A DNA stretch of 64,000 nucleotides from Antedon mediterranea (taxonomy: Eukaryota; Animalia; Echinodermata): NCBI RefSeq assembly GCF_964355755.1, contig NC_092678.1:9254422-9318421 (forward strand), written 5' to 3'. How positions within the stretch are numbered: the stretch's first letter is position 1; every line of letters begins with the position of its first letter. Position numbers and translations under genes: made by a program. Shown in pieces: positions 1-13,790 of this stretch. The notes beneath the pieces are model-generated. The model did no database searches and was not told where the DNA came from. It saw only the letters and a list, made by a program, of their open reading frames with translations.

Positions 1-3000
1 TCTAGATTTAATTGATATTTTTTAGAAACTAGATTATTTATGTGGCGATTTTTTATTTCGGTTAATAAATATTTATTATCATTTTTTTTTTATTTCACAC
101 TCACAGGTCACGGAGAAGGACTACTGTGCCTTTTCAAAATGGCCATTTCTAAACACGTTTAAATATTTTATTAGGCATATAATAATTTACCTCTATTTTA
201 TTATGTACTGTAATTAATATATTATATAGAGAATACTGTACGTCTGTGTCTTTTATTATGCAAATAATTACGTAAAAGAGAACAATTTATTAAAAAACAA
301 TAATTGTTACAATGTATAGCCCGTAAATACTTAATGCATACTGTGGCAGATATATCATCCATGTCGTTAAAAACTTACTATTGGACCACCTTATTTTAAT
401 TTCTATTTTATTTATGTCCGTACGTTATGTAGGATACGGTAACAGGGCTCGATTTATCTTTTTCATGTTGCTAGCCCACTGGGTTCACTGTAGATTTCAC
501 TAGCCCATACATTATTTTACTAGCCCACTCTTATTATCGCACCGTGATAGCAGGGCCGCCATATAAATGAATTCAGGCATTTTGTACAATAGAGGGCGCA
601 CTAATCTAAACGCTCGACAATGTAATATTAAGTATATAAATAATGATTATTGTTGAGGCAAATCATGTGTATATTTTTATTTCTAAAGTTTAGGCCTAAA
701 AATTAAAATAGTTTCTAGTAAAAATGATTATTATATGCGGATCGTTAAAAGGCGAGTTACTGAAATAAACCCCGAAATAAGCCATATCGTGGATGCGCCT
801 TCTATGATAGTGCAGCCGTTAACTGCACGTTATTTAAAAAAAAAAAACATGCACTAGTGTGTCAAATCATGGACAAAACACGTACGATCGTTGTCCATTG
901 CCAGGTAAAGATGACGTATAGGCCGGTGTATTAGTACACCACAGCCACTGATCACCAACTGTGCCCTCTGGGAGACCAGTCTTTGACTGAAGAGGTTACC
1001 CAGTATAAATATATATTTCAATCAGTATAAATATATATTTCAATCAATAGGCCTATTACTAATAACCATACGTTTGAAACATCAGCTATAGGCCTCCTGC
1101 ACATGTTTATATGAAACCTAGTTCCATGGTGAAACGATGTATATAATTACGTATACGTCGGCGATACTATAGTTTTTAATTTGAATATCTTTTATTTCTT
1201 CATTTATATAATAATCAATTATAATTAAGTACCATTCAGTGTCTCACATCCGTACGCCGTTCGTAAATCTAAATGTTTAAATATCAGTGCAAGATTACCT
1301 CTTTGAGAATCGTGTCCACCTTTAATATTATCCACCCATTATTATTCTCACATCTGGGCCTATCATTGTACATCATAGTCCTCTGTATAGGCCTGGTAGA
1401 TTGATTTATAACGGCATTTTATTTTTTTAGTATTATCCTAAAACCATGCTCACGTAAGAGTGGCGGATATCGAACGTAAAAATCATCATACAATCATCTT
1501 CCTTTATTGCATAAACCTCATTGAGCTGGTATCCACTTGCAGGTATAGAACGAGTTTCGTAATTAACTGTGATTTAAAAATACGCAATACGGTAGGTGCG
1601 TCTACTTGTTTAACTATTAAATTATTTAAACATTTTCAAAACTTTAAACAGTGGCATGCCAATCTTTTCAAAAACTTAAACAATATTCAATAAACATTTT
1701 TTAAACTATTTTTTAAACGAACACATTACAATTCATTGACACCTGTATGATAAAATGAAAACATAAATTATTTATAAATAATGTCTATGAGATAAATATT
1801 TATATTTACACTTAAAAAATAATAATGATCGAGGTAAACAAAAATGTCAGTAATATTATTAGAAATTCTTATTCAAAATTAACTAAAAACATAATGAGCG
1901 TATTTTTAAATCACAGTTAATTCGAAACTTGTTCTATACCTGCAAGTTGATACCAGCTCAATGAGGTTTATGCAATAAAGGAAGATGATGTATGATGATG
2001 ATTTCTGCATTCGATATCCGCCATTCTGAGCATGGTTTTATAGGATAATAATAGATAATGCCGTTTAAATCAATCTACCGGGCCTGTACAGCCTATATGA
2101 TGTACAATGATAGATGTAAGAATAATAATGGATGGATAATAAAGGTAGACACAATTCTCAAAGAGGTAATCTGCACTGATATTTAAACATTAAGGGTACA
2201 TTCACACGTACGGCGTAAGAATGGCTTACGCAAGCGGTAAGGTAATCCACGGATTAAAATGCTCAGGTGTTCACACGTACGGCGTTCGTTATATTAATGA
2301 ATGGCGTTAAACAAAGAAGTCCAAGTATCGTTTACGTTTTAAAAGTTAACCCCTTCGTTCCTTTTTAGATTTTACACTGTCTTGATGACAATCGTTTGAT
2401 TTTCTTTTAACCATTTCTTGATAGTCAGCACTTGATTTCTATCAATTCATTCCCGAAAAACACTCTGCTTTTGGCCATTACTTTTATTTCACCCTAAACA
2501 ATTCGGGCGCTTTTTTTAATCGAAAAGCAGAGAGTAGCTAAATAGCTTGTTTTTATACAGCAATTAAATTTACAGTAAAAAACAAGAATTAAATGGTAAA
2601 TATTTTAAAAATAGGTCAAAATCTTTCAAGCGTCGTTGGAGTTTAGTTGTCGTTAATAACGCCACAGACATGGCGTAGTGAGTTGCATTAATAACGCCAC
2701 CGCCTAGTTCACACACAAGGCGTAGGCTACCCAACGCGTACGCCACGGCTTACACCATACGTGTCTTAGATTTACGAACGGCGTATGGATGTGAGACACT
2801 GAGTTGTACATATTAATTATCATTAAAAATGATTATTATAAATGAAGGAATAAAAGATATTCAAATTAAATTCAAACGTATACGTAAATTATGTACATCG
2901 TTTCACAAAAACACTTTTGAAAAGACACAGTCCTTCTCCGAGACCTGTGAAATAAAAAAAAAATTAATGTTTGATAATATATTTATTAAGCAAATTAAAA

Positions 3001-3050
3001 ATATCCACATAAATAATCTAGTTCCTAAAAAATATTAATTAAATAATATA
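1..3050. repeat. Large degenerate foldback/inverted repeat with insertions in both arms
   Basis: ~1130-1585 is the reverse complement of ~1898-2190 plus 2767-2905; 1-140 is the reverse complement of ~2915-3050. Confidence 0.85.
2193..2765. mobile_element. PIF/Harbinger-like MITE inserted in the right foldback arm
   Basis: Imperfect TIRs (acacgtacggcgtaag / cttacaccatacgtgt), TTA/TAA flanks; the empty site is visible in the left arm near 1265. Confidence 0.65.
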
Positions 3051-3319
3051 AACGAAGAAAATTTATATCCCGCTAGCATGCATCTCGCTCCATACAAAAT
3101 AGCTCAACCGATTTCAAATGCGACCAATATCATCAAATGTATAGCTCTAGCAGGCACGCCATATAAAATACCGGAAGTTGATTTTATAGCAACCGATTTC
3201 AAACGCGACCGATTTCATCGTAAACTGGTGTATATAGGTATACACTTTTGAAAAAATTTCATTTCGCTTCGATTTTGTATAGCTGACAAATTACGTTTTT
3301 GTAAAAGCTACAAACGGAG

Positions 3320-3715
3320 TACTTACTCGGACGTTTCGATCTCTATCAGAGATCATTCTCAACTGACTGCGGAGTGTTAATGCAGCTTTGTCATGCCAGG
3401 TAAAGATCTGTTGATGACGTCGTACGCCTCCGGCGGTAATCTGCCATTACAGAACATGTCATAAAACACAATCATGTACCGAACTGGGAGGCTACCATCT
3501 TAACTAAGGAGCCTAAACGCAAAGACAGACAGATTAGAGAATCATTACATAAGGAGAAATAAGGAGAAGACCATGAACCGGGACACTGGAGCCCACAAAC
3601 TCTCGCATTTGTACAATGATTTGATAGACACATCACCTGGCCGAGCCCCGCACAACCTCCAACCGGAGGCGTACGACGTCATCAACAGATGACGTCAAGC
3701 ATGACCAAGCATGAC
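3320..3715 (+). mobile_element. 5'-truncated Penelope-like element with an inverted pseudo-LTR
   Basis: GIY-YIG C-terminal remnant (..TMNRDTGAHKLSHLYNDL); inverted repeat atctgttgatgacgtcgtacgcctccgg ~3406-3433 vs ~3663-3690. Confidence 0.8.
3327..3366 (-). ncRNA. Minimal hammerhead-like ribozyme motif (U3-A8 variant) in the PLE repeat
   Basis: Minus strand cag-UUGAGAA-U-GAUCUCU(gau)AGAGAUC-GAAAC-GUC; stem I degenerate. Confidence 0.5.
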
Positions 3716-3759
3716 CAAGCAAAAGACTTAAAAAATGCAATTTATTACCCCTTTGTTAT

Positions 3760-4250
3760 ACAGTAGGTGTCACTTTACTGATATAATTTTATTCAATTCT
3801 ATATAATTAGTACTGACAATTAATATTCGTAATCCACCACGTGTTACTCATAGCTCTTCTTCTGTTGGTACACTGTTTGTTATTTGTCGCTGCAGAATAG
3901 AATCTTCTTTTCAATCATATATCTGTATCCCACATGTTACCAGAATTTGGAACAACTTACCTGGTGAAATCCGCCACTTAGATTTCTGTTAGTTCTTTTA
4001 AAACCAAATTGTTAAATTATCTCAATACTTATTTTTGAAATAAAGTTTGATGTTGAAAATGTGTGTAGTTGGCCGCTTTCTTGTAGATGCGTTAATTGTA
4101 GAATGTAATTTGTTTGGTTTATTTCTGTACTAGTTCTGGGTTGACCAACTAGCACAGTAGGTGTTTAGCACAGTTTGGTCTTTCCTTGCCTTTTATATTT
4201 GTTTTGTCTTCTTTGTATTGTATATGGCAGAAAATTGAAAAAAATGTTAA
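3760..4250 (+). mobile_element. Degraded CR1/L2-type LINE 3' fragment
   Basis: ..PHVTRIWNNLPGEIR.. C-terminal ORF2 motif followed by a 3' UTR-like tract. Confidence 0.55.
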
Positions 4251-5884
4251 ATATATTATTCTGGTCCACAAGTTTAACTGGAAACTAAGGGAAATTCAGA
4301 TTGGCCCTCCACGGACCCACGGCAGCCAGCAGTGCAGCGCCTACCAGATCAGCACACCGGGAGACAATCCCCTACTCTTTTCGAATAGTGTATGCACTGT
4401 TAAGTACACGGGACCAACGGCTTACATCCCATCTGAATGAGGAAGGTCAAAGGTCAGGGTGAAAGGTTATAAGACCAAACACCAATAGGTACTTGTAAAT
4501 ATCTCTTCAACCACTGGTCACAGCAAGGTAATTTTGGTCTCAAATTGATCAGAAGGTACTATTATATTCAGTCTTTGACCTTTTGCAACATTTTTCAAAA
4601 TGTGCAACAAATATTATAAATACAAAATGTATATTTAAAACAATTTAAGACAAAATTCAAGTGTCTACGACCAGTAGTTACGGAGATACATACAGTACAT
4701 GCCCTGGGTTGTGGAAATAGTATTTCCGGTTATTTTTTACTAAAAATAATGTCCCATAAGATTGAATATAAATGTATACTGTTATGTACAGTACCTTCTG
4801 ATGTGAACAGTGGTTGTTGAGTTTTAAGGACATATTGGTGTTTGGTCTTATAACCTTTCACCCTGACCTTTTGACCTTTCACCACGTTTTCAAAATGTGT
4901 AAAACCAAGCCAAAAATGATTCCATTGTTTTAATTGGTCACTGAAAATTCTGAGTCTAGAAAAGTTTGATGGCAATTTGTCCCCTTTCGGCTGGTGATAA
5001 CCCCCTCCTGCCACCAGACTATTAGTTATCCATTCATACTACAGTATACACTGTATAATAAAACAGGAGGCTAATTAAGTAGTATGCATCATTATTTGTT
5101 TAATAATATCCCTATGTTAAAACTGCACTGCACTGGCAATATGTTTGTAGAAGTACTGCAAGTCTTTTACTGTACAAGAGACCAAAAAATATTCATTGCA
5201 ATTTGTCTAGTGAAAAATTTGAAGAGAAACACACATCAACATCATACAAAGAGATAGCACAGGCATTTTCTGCAAATAGAAAAAAACATGAGCCCTACTG
5301 CAAACACCCCACACCCCATCCCTAAGTATACTAACAAGCACCCCCTCCCATTTAAAAAGATAGTGGTGAAATGCTTCACCCACCCCACAAAAAAAAGAAA
5401 ATTACATATTCATAGTAACTCTTTTTACATATTTTACATTATTTCTAATTGCCTTATACCTGTCCCATAGATTAACATTTTCTGTTTTTGCTTTAGCCTG
5501 TTCATAGGCTCTTTCCTTTTTTCGACTTAACCTGACAACCTCTTTAGATATCCACAGAGGGATGTACAGTATCAACATCATTTACACTTAGACACGAATT
5601 CCAATCTACAGATTCTAATTCTTTGTGTAATAGGTTAGGGTTAAGTTTTGAGTACAGAAAATTTTGATCTATTTGGTAGTTTTCGAAAACCAGTTAACTT
5701 TAATACAGTACATTCATATTGAATTTCACACCCACATGATCACTTTTAAGCAGACTTACAGTTTGTTCAATATTGAACAACTCAGGCCTATATTGCTAAA
5801 AATTAGGTCCAAGGTGTTGCCTTCACCAGAATTAAATAAAATTTCTTTTAGAACAACCAAAAAATGATATACTGTAAGCGAACT

Positions 5885-6420
5885 TACAGTACGTTTCGAA
5901 ACCTATCAGGTTTCATTCTCAACTGGCGTTTCATCGTCTAGCGTTGTTTATCCCATGACGACGATGAGTTGGTATAGCGCCTCCAAAAGGACGTGCCCCC
6001 TTCTCCTTCTTCAATAGTTGATCATGTGTGACAATTCGTGGGCTCCTTCATCTCTGTTCATCTCTGTTCATGATATTTCCATGCTTTCTGATGTTGTTCG
6101 ACTCTTTTATTTGCCTTTTTTGAGTGTTGCATTCTTTCTCAAGGATAGCAGCGTTCCAATCAATGAGGTGATTGTGTTGTTTGTAGTGCATGATCTGTTA
6201 TTGCAGATTTATGTATCATGATTGATGATGTGGACGATCTTTGAGCCCTGGTTAAAATCCCTCCCGTGTTGTTTTCTGTGTCTGTGCGATGTTTTTTATG
6301 CGTGTTTTTAAAGCCCTCCCTGTTTCCCCTATGTAAGCTTGTGGACAATTCAGACATTGTAGTTTGTAGATGCAACCGCATACTTGATCTTTTTTGATGC
6401 GGTCTTTCGGATGAACGAGG
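5885..6420 (-). mobile_element. Penelope-like element 3' fragment (GIY-YIG endonuclease)
   Basis: Minus-strand remnants CPQAYIGETGR, HKSAITDHA, IDWNAAILEKE, MNRDEGAHELSH with frameshifts. Confidence 0.85.
5887..5925 (-). ncRNA. Minimal hammerhead-like ribozyme motif (U3-A8 variant)
   Basis: cag-UUGAGAA-U-GAAACCU(gau)AGGUUUC-GAAAC-GUA-cug; 3-bp stem I, 7-bp stem II, palindromic ACGU stem III. Confidence 0.6.
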
Positions 6421-8254
6421 TTATAGTCCAGGAGTATTAGACAAAAAAAGCGCCAAAGGTAGAAATAAATATGCTAAAGCTGAATTTTTCAGCATAGGTC
6501 CCTAATGTTGTCTGGAACAACATACTAAAAGTCCCCGGGTTTCCCGGTTGTGCTTCAACCCGATTGGGCCATTTTTCAAATGGCGGCCATCTTAACATTA
6601 TTTACCATATGTTGACAACCAGTAGGTAGTGTTAGCTGGTACAGTATGTTGTTTATATGAATGTCGTGTATTTTTTTTGTTAAAAGCAAACTTTGACTTT
6701 ATTTCATATCTTGATAATATAAGGAATGAAAAAAAATATGTTGCCATTTTTTCAAAAGACATTTAAAGGACCAAATTCAAGATGGCCGCCAACATTCAAA
6801 TAACCCTATTAACAATCAGAATATCACCAATAATACAAATTATGAATGTGGAACAAGTCCGTTTTGATGGTATTACTGTACCCGTTCAAAACGGCCGCTA
6901 CTAAAAATTAAATTCTTTAAATAATTTTTTTTAAATAGTGTGCATAAATTGTTGTTTGTACACAATGTTCTAAAATTGTCACTTCTCACTTCTCACCTTA
7001 AATATAAGGCTGTCTAAAAGTTGTCAATGTTCTTTATAACACTTAATAACCCACTATGACTGTTATATTAAATAATCGTTCAAAGTTGGAGTTGCAAAAA
7101 ACAACTTACCAATTTATATCAAATATTCAACAACAATTACGTCTAACTAGAGGATGAGCTCGCTTCGCTCGCTCCCCTATAGGAAGTGTAAACGATGGTT
7201 CTCGGAATGATAATGACTCGGGTAAAAAGGACGTTCTCCTTGTACGTTTTCTGTCGGTTACCATTATTGAAAATGCTTGACATTCGAAAAACTAAACCTA
7301 CTCTGTTTCACAGTGTCTTAGATGATTAATAACATTTTAAAGTATAGTTAGTGTTTATTGTTTGGTAGGGCCTTTATAGGGCGGAGGTGGGAAGGCAGAG
7401 TTCATTTGAGGGAGATGCTTATTCGAGGGATTTTTTAGTTTTAATAATATCGTAACATTTATAATCAAATAAAATGAAAAGTGGTAAAAAAAAAAAAAAA
7501 AAAATGCTTGGTAAATTGTAGTTAACAGTGTGATGAATTCTATCACAAATAGTATAATTGTGTTATTATAAATATAATACAATATTGTGTGTATAAATGT
7601 GGATGGGCGTTTATTAGATAGTTGGGTACGGTAGGTGGGTGTAGGCGATTATTATTCAAAGTGATGTTTTATTGGGGAGGCGTTTATTCAAATAAATACC
7701 ATCATAATACATTAATTAATTTAAACATCTTTTGAAACTAACTTCCGCGACAGTGTAGGCCGTTTCGTCCCAAGAAGGAAGATGTTTAGATGACTTGCAA
7801 TATGGGCCGTAATGGGACACAGATAGCCTACAGTTATTCCTGCCAGCTTACTCAATAAAACTCGGCCAGCGGTGGCGCCAGGATCTTTCCGCCGTGGGGG
7901 CTAAATTCCCCGACGGAGGGGCTATACGAGCGGAGCGAGCATCGCTAGGCTGGAGGCCAGGGGGCCGCCAAGGGCCCCGGAAGCAACGCGTTATAGCGTA
8001 ATTTGAGGCCGTTTTAATCAGATTTAGTGTAGTCAACTTTTTCCATTTTGTATGGTATATAGATAAAATACTGTGCGATAAAACACATAGCACGAGATCC
8101 GATGCGATGACTGTGTAAATCCATTCTTTCAATTTTAAAAATGAAGTTCAATATGCCTATCATAAAAAATATACGCGAACGTAAAACTTCCCACGGGCCA
8201 AGATGTATATCGTTATATTAGCAGAGGCATAGGCAGGTTGCTTTGGTGGGGGTG

Positions 8255-8620
8255 CGAGAACTTCACTGGCTCTCTATTGACAATCGAATCAAATTTAAAA
8301 TCTTGCTCCTTACTTTTAAAGCACTTCTTTTCAACCAACCTGCTTACATCACCTTTTATGTTCCTGGACGGACTCTTAGATCATCTGATGATTATTTACT
8401 CTCTGTTCCACGTATAGCCACTAAAACCTTTGGTCATATTGTAGATCGTTTTCTTTTGCAGCACCCACACTCAGGAATTCACTCCCCCCACAAATTAAAC
8501 ATTGCTCTTCTGTTGCCTTAAAATTGCTCAAAACTCATTTTTTCGACCAGCGCCTTTGATTTTGTACCTTAGTCTTTGAATTGACGCTTTATAAATTTTG
8601 ATATAATAATAATAATAATA
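8255..8620 (+). mobile_element. L2/CR1 LINE 3' fragment nested in the hAT element
   Basis: ELHWLSIDNRIKFKILLLTFKAL...RTLRSS motif; (TAA)n tail. Confidence 0.8.
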
Positions 8621-8624
8621 AACA

Positions 8625-9200
8625 AGTAGAGTTGTTAGGTCCCCGGAAATTGGATTATAGTATTTCGAAAAAAAAAGAAACAAAATATATACGTCTCCAG
8701 GACCAGGAGGTTGAGCTGCTAAAAAAATTGTGGAAAATAGAACTGCTAGGTACCTGGAAATTGCACTTAAAGGCCCATATTGATAAATGAAACGAAATTA
8801 TAAGTCTACAGGACCAGCCTGCCATGGATGGTTGGGTGGAGCTAAGAAAATTTTGAAAAATAGAGCTGCTAGGTCCCTGCAAAACATTGAAATATGAAAC
8901 GAAATTATAGGTCTACAGGACCAGCCCACCATGGTTTTGGGTTTTGGAAATTTAACATATTATACTTTGAAGCATAAAACAAAATATATACCGGTACGTC
9001 TCCAGAACCAGCCCTACCATGGATATGGAAAAAAAATGAAAAAAAGAGAGCTCTATGTTCTCAGACAATGCACTAACTGTATATTGTACATCGAAATATG
9101 AAACGAAATGTATAAGTATCCATGACCAGCTCTATAATTGGGGACGGTTGAGCTAAGACAATTTTGAAAACTAGAGCTGCAGGTCTTCAAAAACTACACT
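8625..9200. repeat. Degenerate ~120-bp tandem repeat inside the hAT element
   Basis: Recurring tagagctgctaggtcc...gaaacgaaattata..tctacaggaccagc units. Confidence 0.7.
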
Positions 9201-10599
9201 TATAACTTTAAAAAATTCAGGCCTAAAGGCCTAAAAAAGTGACCCTTTTTACCTTTTATTTGGAGGGGAATGCGTCCGCAAGCGTAGACCATTTTCCTTC
9301 GGGGAAAATCAGTTTATTTCCCAGATGTGAATCTGGAATTTCGATGTATGATGAGCATGACATAACTATAATAAGATGTTGGAAAATGTTTGTTTAGTGA
9401 TGTAGGCGAGCCACAGTGAAACGTCTATTTTAGGTACCCCACGGTACAGGGTTAATCGTACAGTAATTAAAAAAAACAATTGAATGCGAACATAATTCGT
9501 ACCCTTTTGCTGTATAGCGTACGTTGATACACAGTACACAACGTAACGCTTCGGTAAAGTTCGCCTGGAAACTAACAGTACACATTCTGGTCCCTGGATG
9601 GAACATGATATCACGCGTAAACCGCAATGGGCCGGGCCCAATCTTACTTGAATCTTACTTGAATCTGTATGTATATTATATTCCCTGACGAAAAGTACTC
9701 GCGTTCCCCGACGGGGGGGCTAGGCTCCCCGACAAGAGGGCTACAGCCCCCGTAGCCCCTCCGCTGGCGCCACCACTTAACTCGGCTATCGGGATTTTAT
9801 TTTTTAACTACTGTACCTTCACACGCGCGGTCCGATCCGAAAATAAACAAAAAACTAAAATGGATATAGCTACTAACGACCAACTTAACTGAAACCAGGT
9901 AGTTGCAAGGTGAACCTGTGAACTTATCGTGAACCCGGAAATTACTTTGACCGCGTACAATTGAAATTGAGTTGAAAATCTACCGATAAAATCAGAAATT
10001 TTGTTTTAAAACTCGACTTTATAATATATTCCTAAGATAGAAATATGGAACAATATCGTAATAGTGAAAACTGTTTTACATTTCGCGGTACATCTGAGAT
10101 CGTTCAGGTAGGTATCCAAGGCAGAGATTTGTTCCAAAATTTTTCCATTGTGCTCGATGTCAGAATTAACCATAATTTATATATGAGGCCTGGCATCACA
10201 AAAGCGGCGCAGAGTCGCAATCCGAACTTCTGAGATATTTAGCCTTGAAGTTCAGAATGTGAAAAACGGCCTAACCTATCCATTTTAAAATTTAAAAAAA
10301 TACCGATAGTATTAACACTTATCTTTAAACATATCAAACTCTTGTTCATAAAAAAATATCACAAGTATGTGTATTTTGCAATTATTTAAGTCGTTTCCAT
10401 TGAAAATCATTAAGAAATTGTATTTTTGTTCACTCAAAAATCTACTTTCTTTACGGCGCTTTTGTAAACAAACCGCTAACCCGAATCACGTCTGAAGGAA
10501 ATACAGATACAGCTCATTCACAAGATTATTCATAGGCAGCATTAACTCCTACTGTACTTCTCATCTTCTACAATCTCAACCGATTTCATTAGATAAGTA

Positions 10600-11850
10600 C
10601 CCCCTACAGATAGACCACCATTATACACTGGTTTGATGAGTGAACATGGTTGTGGTATACAAACTCATGTAAGGGAAAGACAAGAATGCCTGGTGATGAC
10701 TCTTGCCCGAGATGAGTGGAGGTGGACAGAGATGACATCAAGAAGCAATTATTATGTCGACCCGGTGAACTATATGGCTTTTGGACATGTAGCATTGTGA
10801 AAATAGTGTTGAGGCAAGTGCTTTTGTTGAAACTTAACTTGTATTACCTACAGTATACAACCAGTGACACAAATATCTTAAATGGAAAACATCTCTAAAG
10901 GACAGAAGCACACTAATTCTGCTTTCTCTCTACAACTTGCTTCTACAAATGCAGACAGAGAAAGAGATTCTAAGTGAAGTATCATTTTGTTTGAAAGAGG
11001 CTGATCATAAAGATATTAACTTGAATACAGAGAGTCGACGAAATCTAAATGATGTGGTTAAACTATATCCCTATATATGTCCGAGACACAAGTAAACGAT
11101 ATCTGCACACATGGTGGAAAGTACACATGCTTTTATCAAATATTTCTTCGCTCACGACCAACTGAACTACGACCGGTTACTAATACGCTGTATCAATTTC
11201 AACAGATTACTGAAACAAATTACAGATTGGAGTTTATGAGAGGACCTGTATGTGGGACTTGCTGGATTTACATCAATTGATAAGGGTCATTGAGCGTGGT
11301 ATCATTGGAATAACACAAATTAATGATTTCATCAGAGCTGGCAAATCTAGTTGATGAGTTTGAAAGCCAACATTTAAAGAGAGATGATATCCCGATTAAT
11401 GAAGAATTCTGCAATTCGCACAAAGGTGTTTGTTGGCCATGGCATGATGAAATTGGACAGAAAATGTTTGAGGTATTTGTAAAAGTCTTGTAGAAGACAA
11501 ACTGTCTATATGGGATCCTAAGAAAAAGACGAAGTTTGGCAAAAAATATATATGACGGTGAATACAGGTGACAAACTTATCAAAGTAAAAGAGGACTCCT
11601 ACCTATAGAGATTATTTGGCGGTGAAATGAGGTATTGCAGTACTTTTGCCAATTTGTTTCTGAACAAGCTTGTTGGGATCGCAGATCAGTCTGTGGAAGT
11701 TTGATGGATACAGTAGTAGAAAACGAAGGAAGGTCAATACTGTATCTCATTCAAGATTAGAAATATTTCATTGAAGGACTTTGGCAGAGTTAGTTGTCAT
11801 TTAACTGAAGAAGTTTATGAAATGTTTTAATATGAAGAAGGGTACTGTCA
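10600..11850 (+). pseudogene. Highly degraded Academ-like transposase remnant
   Basis: FIKYFFAHDQLNY (~11130-11170) and DKLIKVKED..LFG remnants; many stops and indels. Confidence 0.55.
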
Positions 11851-12439
11851 GTACTGTAGACCTCCTGATGGTCAACATTTTGTGTTAATCACCATGTTGT
11901 TGTCATAAGTATATCATTTTGTGTATTTCAATCTAATTTTATTTAACTTACACACGTTTTAATAAGAAATTTAACCCATTTAAAAAAAATGGCGGCCATT
12001 TTGAAATTCAAAGTGGCCGCCATTTTTTTATTAATCACCAATGTTGTTGTCATAGGCCTATCATTTTATGTGATTTAAATCAACGTCATAACTTGCACAT
12101 GTTTTAATAAGAAATTTAATCCATTTTTAAACTTTTGAAATTCAAAATGTCAGAATACTAATGAATATAGGTTTATAATAATTCTTATAGCAGAGAACCC
12201 ATATGAACTTAAAATATTATTCATAATGGTTGTTACTTTGTCCAATATGGCACATTTATTGGATATTTTACGTATTGGCGGACATCTTGGATTTGACACC
12301 CTTAAGCTTTTTTAAAAAAATGGCAACATATTTTTTTCATTACTTTACATCCTATTCCCAAAGACACTAAATCAGCTGGAATTTTGCTTTTAACAAAAAA
12401 ATTACACAAAATTACATAGTGGCCTACATTAAGGTGTAA

Positions 12440-12965
12440 GTAATCAATTTTGGTATCAAAATACTCAGAAGACCCATATTTATATTCACTGTAATGGAAA
12501 AGTTTAACAAAAAATGACCAGAAATGCCTGTTTTTTTTACCTTTGACTGGCCGTAGAGACTTTAAAGTTGGCCCAAATTATTCTGAATGCCCAACTTTCT
12601 ATTCACTCTAATGAAAGAAAAATACCAAATTCCTTTAGAAATCTTCTATTTTGACCTTTGAACTATTGACCTAAGCATATTTAAATTTTATAAACATCTT
12701 GGTGATCGATAGGAGTACATAAGCGAAATTGGTGTCAAAATACTCAGAAGACCAATATTTATATTCACTGTAATGGAAAAGTTGTTGATGATGATGATCG
12801 GAAATGCCTGTTTTGACCTTTGACGACGACTGGCTGTAGAGACTTCAAGGTTGTCCCAAATTTTTCAGAATGCCCTACTTTCTATTCACTTTAATGAAAG
12901 AAAAATACCAAAAACCTTTAGAAATCTTCTATTTTTACCTTTGAACTATTTACCTAGAGGCATAT
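12440..12965. repeat. ~285-bp tandem duplication of a TGACCTTTGA-rich repeat
   Basis: tggt.tcaaaatactcagaagacc...ctttgaactatt.accta occurs twice. Confidence 0.8.
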
Positions 12966-13449
12966 TTAAAGATGTATTGTCCCTTTGACTAATTCCCCAA
13001 ATTTTTTTTTTTTTAATTTCGAAAAAAAGTGGGTCATTTTGAAGTATCATATAGTTATTAACTTTCACCAAAAATTAGTCAAAAAAAAAATAATTTAACC
13101 GAAATACAGATGTTTTTTTGTTCAAAAGATAACTTTTGACTTCCAGTCAAAGTTTTCAATCAAAACATATCCCATAATGCAATGCGCTTGTTTGGCTACT
13201 CTGTATGCATAATCATAAAACTTCCTCGCGATCTGTGTGAAAACACCTTCTCAACCGTGATGAGTTGTAAACAATCCTAATTAGCATCATGCATAATGCA
13301 TACTATCATGGTTTGAAATATTTGTTTACTTTTGCTTGCGACGATTTCTCAGACGAAATGTAATCTAATTAATTAACCATCTGCAGGCACGACCAGTAAG
13401 TACAATTAGTACTATGCTATCTTGAAGTTTGACACACAGTAGTAGTAAA

Positions 13450-13660
13450 GTTCACTTGAGCCAAGTATTATAGTCACACATTGGCCCTGAGTCTGCTGTC
13501 TGTCTGATGAATTTTTACACTTGAGCCACTTACAGTATTAATAGTCACACATTTGGCCCTGAGTCTGCTGTCTGTCTGTCTGTCTGATGAATTTTTAAAC
13601 TCGAGCTACTTACAGTAAATAGTCACACATTGGCCCTGAGTCTGCTAACTGTCTGTCTTA
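13450..13660 (+). repeat. Three-copy ~55-80 bp tandem repeat abutting an EDEM1 3' splice site
   Basis: agtcacacattggccctgagtctgct repeated three times. Confidence 0.9.
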
Positions 13661-13673
13661 TTTTGTCTTTCAG

Positions 13674-13746
13674 ATCCAATATAAATATTAATGATGTATT
13701 AGGAGATTATTCACTGACACTTGTTGATAGTCTTGATACTTTAGCT
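13674..13746 (+). CDS. EDEM1: EDEM1 internal exon A (73 bp): SNININDVLGDYSLTLVDSLDTLA
   Basis: ttttgtctttcag| ... |gtaagt; GH47 motif LTLVDxLDTL; NINDVLG is EDEM1-like; ends in phase 0, matching the next exon. Confidence 0.95.
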
Positions 13747-13790
13747 GTAAGTATCACCATAACTTGTCGTTCTCATGAGTCACAATATCT

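Larger units (their letters stand above)
7867..9778. mobile_element. Non-autonomous hAT-like element
   Basis: 15-bp TIR cagcggtggcgccag / ctggcgccaccactt (2 mismatches); 8-bp TSD aactcggc at 7859-7866 and 9779-9786. Confidence 0.88.

Noticed and set aside
1-13673. EDEM1 first coding exon
   Set aside because: No Y..YM.HAFP.DEL-type segment recognised by eye; probably upstream of the window
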